64,000 nt of DNA, from contig VXMB01000014.1 of assembly GCA_009841265.1 (NCBI GenBank), positions 353,490 to 417,489 on the forward strand, read 5' to 3'. Below are positions 10,145 to 19,548 of the stretch, piece after piece. This DNA is from Gemmatimonadota bacterium (GTDB lineage Bacteria; JAAXHH01). The position numbers and the translations under genes were made by a program. The notes beneath the pieces were generated by a model. The model had not been told where the DNA came from and did not search any database. It was given only the letters and a program-made list of their open reading frames with translations. Within the stretch, counting starts at the first letter, position 1. Each line of letters starts with the position of its first letter.

Positions 10145-10792
10145 ATGCCCGACTTTACGATCCTGTTCGTCGCCATGCCGGCGATCCTCTTCGCCCTGAC
10201 CTTTCACGAGTACGCCCATGCCTGGGCGGCGTGGAAACTGGGCGACCCCACGGCGCGCAGCATGGGACGGCTTTCGCTTAACCCCCTGGTGCATCTCGAC
10301 CCGGCCGGAACTATCATGCTGATCATCACCGTCATGAGCGGATTCGGCATCGGCTGGGCGAAACCCGTGCCGGTGGATCCCCGCTACCTGCGCAATCCAC
10401 GGAAGGACATGCTCTGGATCGCCCTAGCCGGGCCGGTGTCCAATATCATCCTGGCCTTCATCCTGGTGGGCGTCTTCACCCACATGCCCTCGAGCGGCGC
10501 CCTGACCGACACGCTGCGTCAGATGGTCCGGTACGGGATCATCATCAACCTGGCGCTGGCCTTCTTCAACATGCTGCCGATCCCCCCGTTGGACGGGTCG
10601 CGGGTCCTGAAGGGACTGCTGCCCCCGGCGCAGGCGCAGCGGTACGGCCAGCTGGAGATGTACGGCCCCATGCTGCTGATCGGCCTGATCATCGCGGACC
10701 AGATGCTCCGGCTGGGCATCATCCGGACGTGGATCGCCGTGCCCGCCCAGATCAGCCTGCGCCTGATGAGCGAAATCTTCAGCAGCTTCTAA
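10145..10792 (+). CDS. site-2 protease family (peptidase M50) membrane metalloprotease
   Basis: 215 aa. HEYAHAW (HExxH) in the first TM helix and an LDG motif. AGGAG RBS. Confidence 0.75.
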   Translation: MPDFTILFVAMPAILFALTFHEYAHAWAAWKLGDPTARSMGRLSLNPLVHLDPAGTIMLIITVMSGFGIGWAKPVPVDPRYLRNPRKDMLWIALAGPVSNIILAFILVGVFTHMPSSGALTDTLRQMVRYGIIINLALAFFNMLPIPPLDGSRVLKGLLPPAQAQRYGQLEMYGPMLLIGLIIADQMLRLGIIRTWIAVPAQISLRLMSEIFSSF

Positions 10793-10803
10793 GCGGGGGT
10801 ATC

Positions 10804-11817
10804 ATGCGGCTAAGCGCCGAGACGGTCCGCCTGGACCTCATCCATCCCTTCCGCATCGCCCGCGAGGTCAGCGATCACAAGCAAAACGTGCTCGTGCGCA
10901 TCTCCGACGGCGAGCTGACCGGCACGGGTGAAGCCGCACCTTCCCGCTACTACGGGGAAGACGCCGGTTCGGTCATCCGGGCGCTGGAGAAAGTGCCGCC
11001 GCTCCTCGGCGGTGATCCCTTCGAACTCGAAGAAACGACCGATCGCCTCGCGTCCGCGCTTCCGGGCGATCCGTCGGCACGCGCGGCCGTGGATATCGCG
11101 CTGCACGACCTGGCCGCACAGCGGCTCGGCGTACCGCTCTACCGGTGGCTCGGCCTCGATCCCGCGAAAACACCCGTCACTTCATTCACCATCGGCATCG
11201 ACGAGCCGGCAGCCGTCCGTCGCAAAGTGCGGGAGGCCGCCGGATACCCGGCGTTGAAGATCAAGCTCGGTTCGGAAAAGGACCTCGAGATCATGCGTGC
11301 GATCCGGGATGAAACGGATGCGCGCATCCGGATCGACGCCAACGCGGGGTGGACGGCGGACCAGGCCGTGGAAATGGTCGGCCGCCTGTCCGAGTTCGGC
11401 GTGGAACTCGTGGAGCAGCCCCTGCCCCCCGGTTCGCCCGCGGACTGGCGCAGGGTGCGGGAGGCGGCGGCCATGCCGGTCTTCGCCGACGAAAGCGTGC
11501 TGGTCTCCCCGGACGTGCCCGCCATGGCCGGCCTGGTGGACGGCGTCAACGTTAAACTGATGAAGTGCGGCGGGGTCCGCGAAGCGCTCCGCCTCATCCA
11601 CACCGCCCGGGCTCACGGGATGCGCGTCATGATCGGCTGCATGATCGAAACCTCCGTCGCCATCACCGCCGCGGCCCACCTCTCCCCATTGGCCGATTAT
11701 GCCGACCTGGACGGCAACCTGTTGATTTCCAACGATCTCTTCAGCGGTGCGGCCGTGCGGGGAGGACGCCTGGTCCTGCCCGAAGGACCGGGAACAGGGA
11801 TAACACCTCGGCCATAA
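10804..11817 (+). CDS. dipeptide epimerase (L-Ala-D/L-Glu epimerase-like, enolase superfamily)
   Basis: Starts MRLSAETVRLDLIHPFRIA. KIKLG and RIDANAGW metal-ligand region, and the C-terminal barrel motif GCMIETS. The ORF-track start at 10729 overlaps the upstream gene, so I chose the ATG at 10804. Confidence 0.75.
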   Translation: MRLSAETVRLDLIHPFRIAREVSDHKQNVLVRISDGELTGTGEAAPSRYYGEDAGSVIRALEKVPPLLGGDPFELEETTDRLASALPGDPSARAAVDIALHDLAAQRLGVPLYRWLGLDPAKTPVTSFTIGIDEPAAVRRKVREAAGYPALKIKLGSEKDLEIMRAIRDETDARIRIDANAGWTADQAVEMVGRLSEFGVELVEQPLPPGSPADWRRVREAAAMPVFADESVLVSPDVPAMAGLVDGVNVKLMKCGGVREALRLIHTARAHGMRVMIGCMIETSVAITAAAHLSPLADYADLDGNLLISNDLFSGAAVRGGRLVLPEGPGTGITPRP

Positions 11818-11929
11818 GCGCCGGGTGTTCGCCGGCGATCCACCGAACCCGTGTAAATCCGCAACCCGATGCCCCGGGCATGCCGGCCGGGTCTTCGCCC
11901 GGCAGCGTCTCATGGTTGTCTTCGAGGCA

Positions 11930-12350
11930 TAAAATACACCAATAAAAATTAGTTTAATCGTATTATAATGAGTTTCGCCTTCACGGCCCCGCCCCGATTT
12001 CCACCCTTGCCGGAACACGACTAGCCCCCCTTGCCTCCGGTCCTGTACCGCAAGTACGGACCCGGAGACCGCGCCCGTCGCAGAAAAAAAGCAAAAAAGT
12101 GTTGACTTGGATAAAACTAATTATTAATTAAGCAAATACGATAGAAAAATAAGATAAATCGAAATGAATATAAATGGTGTCGCTCAGAATAATCCAATCA
12201 TTCGAGACCGGAATTCACACAATCTCCGATCGTTTAACGACTGTCCATTTCACGCAATGCACAGGACGGGAAAGGAGGACATATAGATCCGTGCCTTAAC
12301 GAAGCAGCGATTTTACAGCAAAGAGTAACAATCGATAAACGGGAGACCAT
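11930..12350. other. AT-rich island (estimated 60-65% AT by eye) in an otherwise GC-rich genome, immediately upstream of the collagen-like gene
   Basis: Contains A7 and A6 homopolymer tracts, TTGACT/TAATTA-like promoter elements, and a hairpin ccggtcctgtaccgcaagtacggacccgg. Confidence 0.6.
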
Positions 12351-12351
12351 A

Positions 12352-13758
12352 ATGCATTACCTCATAGTATTTGTGATTGCGTTCGCGCTTTCCGTGATGG
12401 GCTGCGAAGGCAAGACAGGTCCGGCGGGTCCGACCGGCTCGGCGGGTGCCGCAGGTCCGGCGGGTCCGGCGGGTCCCCAGGGATCGACTGGTCCGACTGG
12501 CCCGGCTGGCCCGGCTGGCCCGAAAGGTGACACGGGTGATTCTGGTCCGGCGGGTCCGGCAGGTCCGGCAGGTCCGGCAGGCCCCGAAGGTCCGGCAGGT
12601 CCGGCAGGTCCGCAGGGTGATCCTGGTGACCCGGCCACCATTGATCCAGGCAGCATCGGTAACATCCTGGCGGCTATTCACGAGGTCACGCTGATCCAGG
12701 ATGGCAATGACGATGCCTCCAACACCTTCGCTGGTCCTGGTTTCGCTGAGGGCGATCCGGGTGATGACTGGAATGTTACGCTGGACATCGGTGCAACCAC
12801 TGAGATAGCCGCCACGGCTTCCGCGCAGAACGAGGAGTCCATCCCCGTCGCGTTTGCGTGGGCGTCGGAAGATGCCGAGGTCGCGACGGTCGATGACGGC
12901 GTTATCGAAGGAGTCGGCGCCGGGGAAACCGACATCTCTGTGACCGTTGTGGGACGCGGGATCAAGGTTTCCTTTGAAGTCACGGTCCTTTCGCAGGTCA
13001 AGAGTATCGTTATGGACAGCCCCGCTGACGGGTTCTTCCTCACCAATGGTGAATCTGTAGCCCTTGCAGCCACTGCCTATGACAAAGCTCAAGACGATAA
13101 GACGGCGGAAAGGGACGGCAAAGAGGTTCCAGTCAGTCCATCCTTCATGAGCTCCGACGACAGCGTGATCGAGATCGATGGTTCCGAGGCCAACGCGGTC
13201 GGCGTCGGTTCCGCCAAGATCACCGCGCACTACGGAGACGTTGCGTCCAAGGCGATTACGATCAACGTGACGCCGGGCGGCGATGTTACCCATAAGCTTA
13301 CCTACACCATAATTGCCGCCTCCAAGCGTACCTTCACCAGAATCTATCAGACCGATGGTGAGACGCTGATTTCAAATGATCCGGTTCGCGGCCCGAGTTA
13401 TGATCCTGGGGATGACGCCACCGCGGCTGGTTCCGGCGGCGTGGGCGAGAATGTCGTCTTTACAGTTCAGGTTAGAGAGTACGACTCAGAAGGCAATGCC
13501 CCGATAGACGAAGGCTTCTCCGGCTCCATAACAGCTACAATCCAGCAACAGGGTAGCGTACTTGGCGCCGTCGCCAGCTCGGTTTCTGTAGGCAATCCCA
13601 GCGCCGGCATCGTCCAGGTAACTGTGAATAACGACGGCGATGGTAGCCAAATCACCGGTGAAGGTACGGCGCGCATCATCCTGAGTCTCGACGGAGCGGA
13701 TGACATCGCCCTGCCGGCCGTAATCGTCAAGAAGCAGGTATTGGAGGAACCGAGCTGA
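12352..13758 (+). CDS. collagen-like triple-helix repeat lipoprotein with C-terminal Ig-like (Big_2-type) domains
   Basis: 468 aa. Signal plus lipobox (…ALSVMGC). About 24 uninterrupted Gly-X-Y triplets ([26 protein letters not shown]…). This is followed by beta-rich repeats with Big_2-like signatures ([43 protein letters not shown]). Confidence 0.75.
   Translation: MHYLIVFVIAFALSVMGCEGKTGPAGPTGSAGAAGPAGPAGPQGSTGPTGPAGPAGPKGDTGDSGPAGPAGPAGPAGPEGPAGPAGPQGDPGDPATIDPGSIGNILAAIHEVTLIQDGNDDASNTFAGPGFAEGDPGDDWNVTLDIGATTEIAATASAQNEESIPVAFAWASEDAEVATVDDGVIEGVGAGETDISVTVVGRGIKVSFEVTVLSQVKSIVMDSPADGFFLTNGESVALAATAYDKAQDDKTAERDGKEVPVSPSFMSSDDSVIEIDGSEANAVGVGSAKITAHYGDVASKAITINVTPGGDVTHKLTYTIIAASKRTFTRIYQTDGETLISNDPVRGPSYDPGDDATAAGSGGVGENVVFTVQVREYDSEGNAPIDEGFSGSITATIQQQGSVLGAVASSVSVGNPSAGIVQVTVNNDGDGSQITGEGTARIILSLDGADDIALPAVIVKKQVLEEPS
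12418..12636 (+). repeat. 9-nt periodic collagen (GXY) coding repeats
   Basis: Repeated ggtccggc(a/g) units. They encode the G-P-A/G-P-T triplets. Confidence 0.7.
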
Positions 13759-13996
13759 CAACACGCTATCGGATAATCCGGGCCCGTAGCCAGGGTGCAG
13801 ACAGAGTCCTGGAGCATCAATTATAGTTCTGAGGTGTCGCCCGTGGTTATCCAGAGTGAGGGTTGCCTTCGCGTCCCACCCTCGGGTGGTACTATCACCC
13901 TCATGCATTTGTATCAGGCACCTTGGAACGCCTTCCCGTTCGCCCCGAGTAGGAGCCACGGCCACTGAAAGGGGCGAGCGGCCTGAAAGACGAAAG

Positions 13997-14029
13997 CCCC
14001 GGCGCCCGAGCGCGCCGAGGCGTTTTATT
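13997..14029. terminator. putative bidirectional rho-independent terminator
   Basis: Stem ccccggcgc / gcgccgagg (8 of 9 bp) with loop ccgagc. Followed by cgttttatt on the plus strand and ctttcgtctttc on the minus strand. It lies at the 3' end of the lpxH-like gene. Confidence 0.35.
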
Positions 14030-14774
14030 CTGCAGGTTGCTCCTCGTCCCCGTACTTCTCCAGGAACATCTCGCCTTCGCGCAACACGCCATAGGTACCG
14101 TGCCGGATCCAGTCCCCGAGGTTGATATACGCCTTCTCGCCTCGATACTGGAGCGTCGGGCTGTGGATGTGCCCGAAGACCACCGCGTCGTAGCCTTCGT
14201 CGAGCAGGTCGAAGGCAAGGTCCCGGTAGGCTTCCCGCGGATCCCAGTCCGTGGGGGATCCATGACGCCTGCTCATCCGCGATATCAGCCGGCCGATCTT
14301 GAAGCCGCAGTCCGGGTGAATCAGCTGGAACAGGCGGATGCTGATCGCGCTGTGCATGATTTTCGATACCGCGCGGTATCCGCGGTCCCTGGTGATCAGG
14401 CCGTGGCCGTGGGCGACATAAATCCTGCGTCCGTGGTGGGTAGCGGTAAGCGGACCCTCCGCCGTTTCCACGCCGACCTGCTCGTTCAGAAAGGTTCCCA
14501 GCCAGAAATCGTGATTCCCCGGGAGGTATACGACCCGCGTGCCGTTCTCCACGAGCGAGCTCAAGGCGTGCAGTACCGTGTAGTGCTGGCGGGGCACGAC
14601 GCTGCGGTACTCGAACCAGAAATCGAATAGATCACCCACGATGTACAATAGCGGGGTCCCGCCCCTTAAGCTTCGCAGGAAGTCCAGCAACCGGTTTCTT
14701 CTCTCTTCTTCCGCCTCGTAATCGTCGATACCGAGGTGGGCGTCGGAAATGAAATAGACGGGATCTTGGCTCAT
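14025..14774 (-). CDS. LpxH-like metallophosphoesterase (UDP-2,3-diacylglucosamine diphosphatase family)
   Basis: Starts MSQDPVYFISDAHLG. GDLFDFW and GNHD motifs. I took the internal ATG at 14774 rather than the ORF-track start at 14855. Confidence 0.7.
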   Translation of the reverse strand: MSQDPVYFISDAHLGIDDYEAEEERRNRLLDFLRSLRGGTPLLYIVGDLFDFWFEYRSVVPRQHYTVLHALSSLVENGTRVVYLPGNHDFWLGTFLNEQVGVETAEGPLTATHHGRRIYVAHGHGLITRDRGYRAVSKIMHSAISIRLFQLIHPDCGFKIGRLISRMSRRHGSPTDWDPREAYRDLAFDLLDEGYDAVVFGHIHSPTLQYRGEKAYINLGDWIRHGTYGVLREGEMFLEKYGDEEQPAE

Positions 14775-14984
14775 AACAGGATCAGACCCGAAAAAGCACG
14801 GCAACCAAACCAGCCGGTTTTCCGGGCAACAGGGAGTATAACTTTGGATTGACAATTCACCTCGCGTGCGTTAATTAAAATACAATAGGCCATACATTTA
14901 ACTAACGAAATCTTTGGTCGCAATCGCAGTGCGCGAATGCCTCGGATTCGAGGCGTCGGCGTGGTGAACCGGAGAAGAGAACAG

Positions 14985-15407
14985 ATGGCGAGAAAGAAGC
15001 TGTCGTCGTTGACGGACCTGGAAATCGACATCATGAATGTCGTCTGGCGGCTGGGACGGGCGACGGTGCGCCAGATCGTCGATTCGCTTCGAAACCAGCG
15101 TCCCCTGGCGTACACCACGGTACAGACGGTCCTGTCCATACTCACTCAGAAGGGCGTGGTCCGGTATACCCGAGAAGGCCGGGCCTATGTCTACACCGCC
15201 ATCCTGAAACCCGAGGGCGTGCGCCGGGAAACCGTCCGGGCTGTCGTGGACAAGCTGTTCGCCGGATCGCCGCAGTCCCTGGTGCTGCACCTGATCGAAT
15301 CGGACGCGTTGACCGCGGAAGAAGCCGAGAGCCTGCGCAAACTGCTGGACCGGATGGCCTCGGAGTCGGTGGCGTCGGAGTCGAATCCGGAGGCATCGGA
15401 TGCTTGA
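14985..15407 (+). CDS. BlaI/MecI/CopY-family transcriptional repressor
   Basis: MARKKLSSLTDLEIDIMNVVW…TTVQTVLSILTQKG winged helix. It overlaps the downstream M56 sensor gene by 8 nt. Confidence 0.8.
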   Translation: MARKKLSSLTDLEIDIMNVVWRLGRATVRQIVDSLRNQRPLAYTTVQTVLSILTQKGVVRYTREGRAYVYTAILKPEGVRRETVRAVVDKLFAGSPQSLVLHLIESDALTAEEAESLRKLLDRMASESVASESNPEASDA

Positions 15408-17286
15408 TGCCGTCCACGCCATAGGCCTCTTCGAGCGGTTCGGCCGGGAGGTCGTGGACCTGCTGTGGCTTCCGAGCCTTGAAGCGTTGCTTCTCGGCGT
15501 CATGGTCTGGGCCCTGCTATTCGTGAACCCGGGATGCCCAGCCAGGATTCGGCACTTCCTCTGGCTGCTGGTTCTGGCCAAACCGCTGCTGACCCTCGTG
15601 CTGCCCTGGCATGGACCGTTCGAGATCCCGTGGGCGTCGATGGCGAGCCATGGATTGCCCGCCGCGGGCGATCACAACGCCCTGGCATCCGGAGTCTACG
15701 CCGTCGCGGGGCTGGTCTGGATGGGTTTCGCCGGTTTCGGCCTCTACCGCATCGGTTCATCGGTCATCACCATGTCCCGGCGAAGGCGGCGGTCCGTTCC
15801 GGTCGCCGTCCCCCGGGTAAGCGCGCTATTCGATCGGTGCCTGGCCGAATCGGGCTTGAAGCGCAGAGTGGCCCTGAGGGTCTCCGACGAGTTCGAGGTA
15901 CCCGTGCTGATCGCCGCCGGGCGCCCCGCCGTCGTGATTCCCTCCTGGTGCATCCTGGAACTTTCCAGCGCGGAGCTGAGGCAGGTCCTGCTTCATGAGC
16001 TGGCCCACTATGCCCGCCGGGATCACCTTACGGTCTTCCTGGTCCAGTTCTGCAGGTTCTTTTTCTTCTTCCACCCCGCGGTATGGTACGCCGCGTACCG
16101 GGCCGGGATCGAGGCGGAGCGGGCCTGCGACGCGGACGTCGTCCGTGTTTCCAGGCAGCCGGAGCGCTATGCATCCACCCTGTTGAAAGTTGCTGCGGGC
16201 AGGGTCCGGACGCACTGGCAGGCCGCCCTCGAACTGGCGCGGTCGGCCTCCATGGCGGCCCAGCGTATCCGGGACGTGCTCGGTTCGACGGTGAACCGGA
16301 AGGACCGCGCCTTCTTCCCGCTGCTGGCCGCCAGTATCTGCTCGCTGCTCGCGGTCATGCCCCTGTTGCGGCCGGCGGTCGAGGCCCCCGGAGACGTGCC
16401 TGTACCGCCACGAACGAGCATGCCCGGCGAACCGACGGTTCCCGGCCGGGTCGATACGGCGCCCGGTACGCAGCATCACGAAGATCCGGGCCCTGAGACG
16501 CAGGTCGCGCGGGTGGCGGACACGCCCCTGCCGCCGGACCGTCCGGCCAGTCGCAGGACCATGGTAGACGGCCGGCCCGCACCGCGCAGATCCATGGCCG
16601 CCAGGATGATAAAACCGGCGGTACCCCCTCGAGAAGGGATAGTCGAATCCACGAAGCGTGACCGGATCAACCCCGCCGTGCTCGGCCACGCCGCCCCACC
16701 GGTCATCCCGGATCGGACTTTGTCCGCGGGGAACCAGGCCAGGCAGAGACGTATCGAGGTGCAGGGCGTGGGCCGGACCGGCAATGAGCTGTTCGATCCC
16801 GGTACGGTCTCCCTGAGCGCCGGCTATTTCATTACACCGACCCACCAGTTCGGAGGCGTGTTTTCGATTCGAAAGCCCAACGATACGGAAGCATTTGACG
16901 ATACCCGGCGGCCTTCCGGCGCCCCGTACGGCGGTTCCCTCCTTCGGGCCCGGAGACTGGCCGGTTTCGGGACCTCGTCGGCCCAGGGAACGGTGCTTGA
17001 AACCTCAGAGGATGAGCAGGCCGAACGGATCACCCGGATCGGCGCCTTCTACCGGTACAATCTGCTCGTTCCGGGCGATTCCTTCACGCCTTTCTTCGGA
17101 TGGGGCGCCGGCCTGGAGATCAGGCCGCAGAACCGGAACATGACCATGATCGACGCCGGGGTCGGGCTGCGTTACTTCTGGGAACGGCACGTCGCCGTGG
17201 TCGTACAGGCATCCTACCGGAAGGAACTGGATGTCATCTCTCGTCCTTACCCTGAGATGACGCTGGGCTTTTCCGCGATCTTCTAG
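15400..17286 (+). CDS. BlaR1-like M56 peptidase/signal transducer with a proline-rich spacer and a C-terminal beta-barrel-like domain
   Basis: 628 aa. N-terminal TM helices and an HELAHYARRDH (HExxH) M56 motif. Pro-rich region at about aa 330-420. The C-terminus shows alternating hydrophobic strands and ends …LGFSAIF. Confidence 0.7.
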   Translation: MLDAVHAIGLFERFGREVVDLLWLPSLEALLLGVMVWALLFVNPGCPARIRHFLWLLVLAKPLLTLVLPWHGPFEIPWASMASHGLPAAGDHNALASGVYAVAGLVWMGFAGFGLYRIGSSVITMSRRRRRSVPVAVPRVSALFDRCLAESGLKRRVALRVSDEFEVPVLIAAGRPAVVIPSWCILELSSAELRQVLLHELAHYARRDHLTVFLVQFCRFFFFFHPAVWYAAYRAGIEAERACDADVVRVSRQPERYASTLLKVAAGRVRTHWQAALELARSASMAAQRIRDVLGSTVNRKDRAFFPLLAASICSLLAVMPLLRPAVEAPGDVPVPPRTSMPGEPTVPGRVDTAPGTQHHEDPGPETQVARVADTPLPPDRPASRRTMVDGRPAPRRSMAARMIKPAVPPREGIVESTKRDRINPAVLGHAAPPVIPDRTLSAGNQARQRRIEVQGVGRTGNELFDPGTVSLSAGYFITPTHQFGGVFSIRKPNDTEAFDDTRRPSGAPYGGSLLRARRLAGFGTSSAQGTVLETSEDEQAERITRIGAFYRYNLLVPGDSFTPFFGWGAGLEIRPQNRNMTMIDAGVGLRYFWERHVAVVVQASYRKELDVISRPYPEMTLGFSAIF

Positions 17287-17326
17287 CTTCTTCCTTCGTC
17301 CACATGGCCATCTGAATATTCAGCAA

Positions 17327-18778
17327 ATGGATCATCATTCCCGAAGAGCGGTCCCGGCGCTCATCATCGCCGGCGGCGCGGGCGTGCGCCTTCAGGCGAT
17401 AACCGGCCCGGTGCCCAAACCTCTGTTGCACCTATGCGGCGTGCCGTTGATCAAGCGGATCATATTGACGGCCGCGCGTGCCGGCGTAACGCGCTTCGTG
17501 ATCGTAACGGGGTACGAGGCGGACCGATTTCACGAGGTCCTCTCCAACGATCCCGGTCTGGACGCCTGCCGGATTGAATGGGTGCACAACGAACGGTGGG
17601 ATCTGCCCAACGGGGTTTCCGCCCTGGCCGCCCGCTCCCGCCTGGCGGAACCGTTCGTGCTGCTCATGGCCGATCACCTCTTCGAGCAACGGACGCTGGA
17701 GCGTCTGCTCGAGGAACCGGTGGCCGAAGGGGAGTGCCTGCTCGCCGTCGACCGGAAAATCGACCGCGTGTACGACGTGGACGACGCGACCAAGGTCGAA
17801 GTGCGCGGGGATAAAGTGGTGCGCATCGACAAGGAACTGCAAGCGTTCAACGCGGTGGACACCGGCATGTTCCTCTGTACGCCGGCCCTGTTCGAAGCCC
17901 TCGATGCGGTGAACGGGCCGGAGGGATGCGCGTTGAGCGACGGCATCCGGGCGCTTGCCGCGGAAGGGCGGATGCGCGCCTTCGACGTGGGCGATGGTTA
18001 CTGGCAGGACGTGGATACGCCCGAGATGCTGGCCCAAGGCGAGAAGGCCCTGCTGGGACGCCTCGTAAAACCCACAGACGGATGGGTATCCCGGCATATC
18101 AACCGGCCGGTTTCAACCCGCATCAGCCGATGGCTGGTCCGGACGCCGGTCACGCCGAACATGGTGACCCTGGCCACCTTCCTTACCGGCCTGGCCGGGG
18201 CGTGGTTCGTGCTGGACGGCGCCTACTGGCCGGTGCTGCTGGGCGCGTTGCTTTTCCAGGTTTCGTCCATCCTCGACGGCTGCGACGGGGAGGTGGCGGT
18301 ACTGACCTTCCGTGAATCGAAATACGGCTCGTGGCTCGACACGATCACGGACAACCTGACCTACCTGGCGTTCTTCGCGGCCGTGGTCTGGGCCTACGCG
18401 GGCGGCTCCGGGGAAACGGTAATCCGGTACCTCGGCCTGGGATCCGTCGCCGTGGTGGCCGCCTCGATACTCGTAATGTACTATTATCTGCTGCAGACCG
18501 GGGGGAGCGGCAGCCTGGTCCGGTTCAACCGGGCCTTCGAAGCGCACGCCGTCGGACGGCGGCGCCATCTCTTCTCCAGGCTGCTCAACCTGTTCAGGAT
18601 GATGGCCAAACGAGATTTCTTTACCATGCTGCTGCTGTGTTTCGCCGCCCTCGACCTGCTGAACTGGATGTTCTGGACCGTTACGGCCGGCGGCCTGGCC
18701 ATGGGCCTGGCCATATTCATTTCGACGGGGAGGCTGCTGGCGCGGGACCGGGCGGTGGCCGGGGACATGCGCTCATGA
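17327..18778 (+). CDS. bifunctional sugar/alcohol-phosphate nucleotidyltransferase :: CDP-alcohol phosphotransferase (IPCT/DIPPS-like)
   Basis: 483 aa. N-terminus ALIIAGGAGVRL (NTP-transferase G-x-G-x-R-L). C-terminal TM domain with DGCDGEVAVLTFRESKYGSWLDTITD, matching D-x2-DG-x2-A(R)-x8-G-x3-D-x3-D with R replaced by V. HINRPVSTRISRWL precedes TM1. Confidence 0.7.
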   Translation: MDHHSRRAVPALIIAGGAGVRLQAITGPVPKPLLHLCGVPLIKRIILTAARAGVTRFVIVTGYEADRFHEVLSNDPGLDACRIEWVHNERWDLPNGVSALAARSRLAEPFVLLMADHLFEQRTLERLLEEPVAEGECLLAVDRKIDRVYDVDDATKVEVRGDKVVRIDKELQAFNAVDTGMFLCTPALFEALDAVNGPEGCALSDGIRALAAEGRMRAFDVGDGYWQDVDTPEMLAQGEKALLGRLVKPTDGWVSRHINRPVSTRISRWLVRTPVTPNMVTLATFLTGLAGAWFVLDGAYWPVLLGALLFQVSSILDGCDGEVAVLTFRESKYGSWLDTITDNLTYLAFFAAVVWAYAGGSGETVIRYLGLGSVAVVAASILVMYYYLLQTGGSGSLVRFNRAFEAHAVGRRRHLFSRLLNLFRMMAKRDFFTMLLLCFAALDLLNWMFWTVTAGGLAMGLAIFISTGRLLARDRAVAGDMRS

Positions 18779-19548
18779 GCGGATTGCTGGACCGTGCAAG
18801 GGGACTCTTCGCCCTCCGGCTCAGGAAGGACTTCAACTTCCGCAGGGCCCAGGAAACGGTCCCCGCGTTACGCTGGCTGAAGCCGCGCAAAGGCGAGCGT
18901 ATTCTCGATATCGGCTGCGGAGAAGGGACCTATGACTACCGGCTCGCCCTTCGGGGCGCCCGGGTGTTCGGTTTCGACCTGGACCGGAACCAGTTGCGCC
19001 GTGCCCAGGCCCACCACAAGACGCCCTTCACGGGTTTCGTCTGCGCCCATTCGGACGCGTTCCCCCTTCGGTCGGGGCAGTTCGACACGGTCATGAGCCT
19101 GTGTGTCTTCGAGCACCTGCCGGACGACAGGCAGACGCTGCGTGAGATGTGGCGCGTGTTGCGGCCCGGGGGGCGCATCCTGTTGACCCTGGACAGCCTG
19201 AGCCTCGAGGTGATCCGAGAGTCCTGGCGCGACGAGCACCGGAAACGCCATAGCGTCCTGCAGTTCTATACGCACCCGTCGGTCGGCTCGTTGCTGGAAG
19301 CCTGTGGATTCAGACTGATCAGGCACAGGTACCTGCTTCGTTCCCGGCTGGACCTGGCGTTGATCCGGCTGAGCTACGCCACGGAGCGCATGCACGCGGT
19401 CCCGGCGGCGTTGATCCGGTTGGGACTGGTATCGGCCGGCAGGATGGTATCCGCGGTCTTCAACCTGTTCACCGGGAACCAACGGGGATGGACCCTGTTG
19501 ATCGAAGCGGACAGGATGACCCCCGGTCCGGTGAATCCCCCATCATGA
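18775..19548 (+). CDS. class I SAM-dependent methyltransferase
   Basis: Starts MSGLLDRARG, overlapping the upstream stop as ATGA. ILDIGCGEGTY motif I and VFGFDLD motif II. The ORF-track start at 18331 is an out-of-context extension. Confidence 0.7.
   Translation: MSGLLDRARGLFALRLRKDFNFRRAQETVPALRWLKPRKGERILDIGCGEGTYDYRLALRGARVFGFDLDRNQLRRAQAHHKTPFTGFVCAHSDAFPLRSGQFDTVMSLCVFEHLPDDRQTLREMWRVLRPGGRILLTLDSLSLEVIRESWRDEHRKRHSVLQFYTHPSVGSLLEACGFRLIRHRYLLRSRLDLALIRLSYATERMHAVPAALIRLGLVSAGRMVSAVFNLFTGNQRGWTLLIEADRMTPGPVNPPS

Noticed and set aside
12418-12636. CRISPR-like periodic repeats
   Set aside because: The periodicity is 9 nt within a CDS encoding Gly-X-Y triplets, not spacer-separated direct repeats. 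There are no cas genes in the window.
12313-13293. 326-aa minus-strand ORF
   Set aside because: It is the mirror of the collagen GXY repeats (which read as RTCRTCR… on the opposite strand). It is an artefact.
13759-13996. Structured non-coding RNA between the collagen-like gene and the lpxH-like gene
   Set aside because: Several local hairpins (cccaccctcgggtgg, ccagg…cctgg) are present, but there is no tRNA-like cloverleaf and no motif I can assign. Only the terminator-like hairpin was reported.
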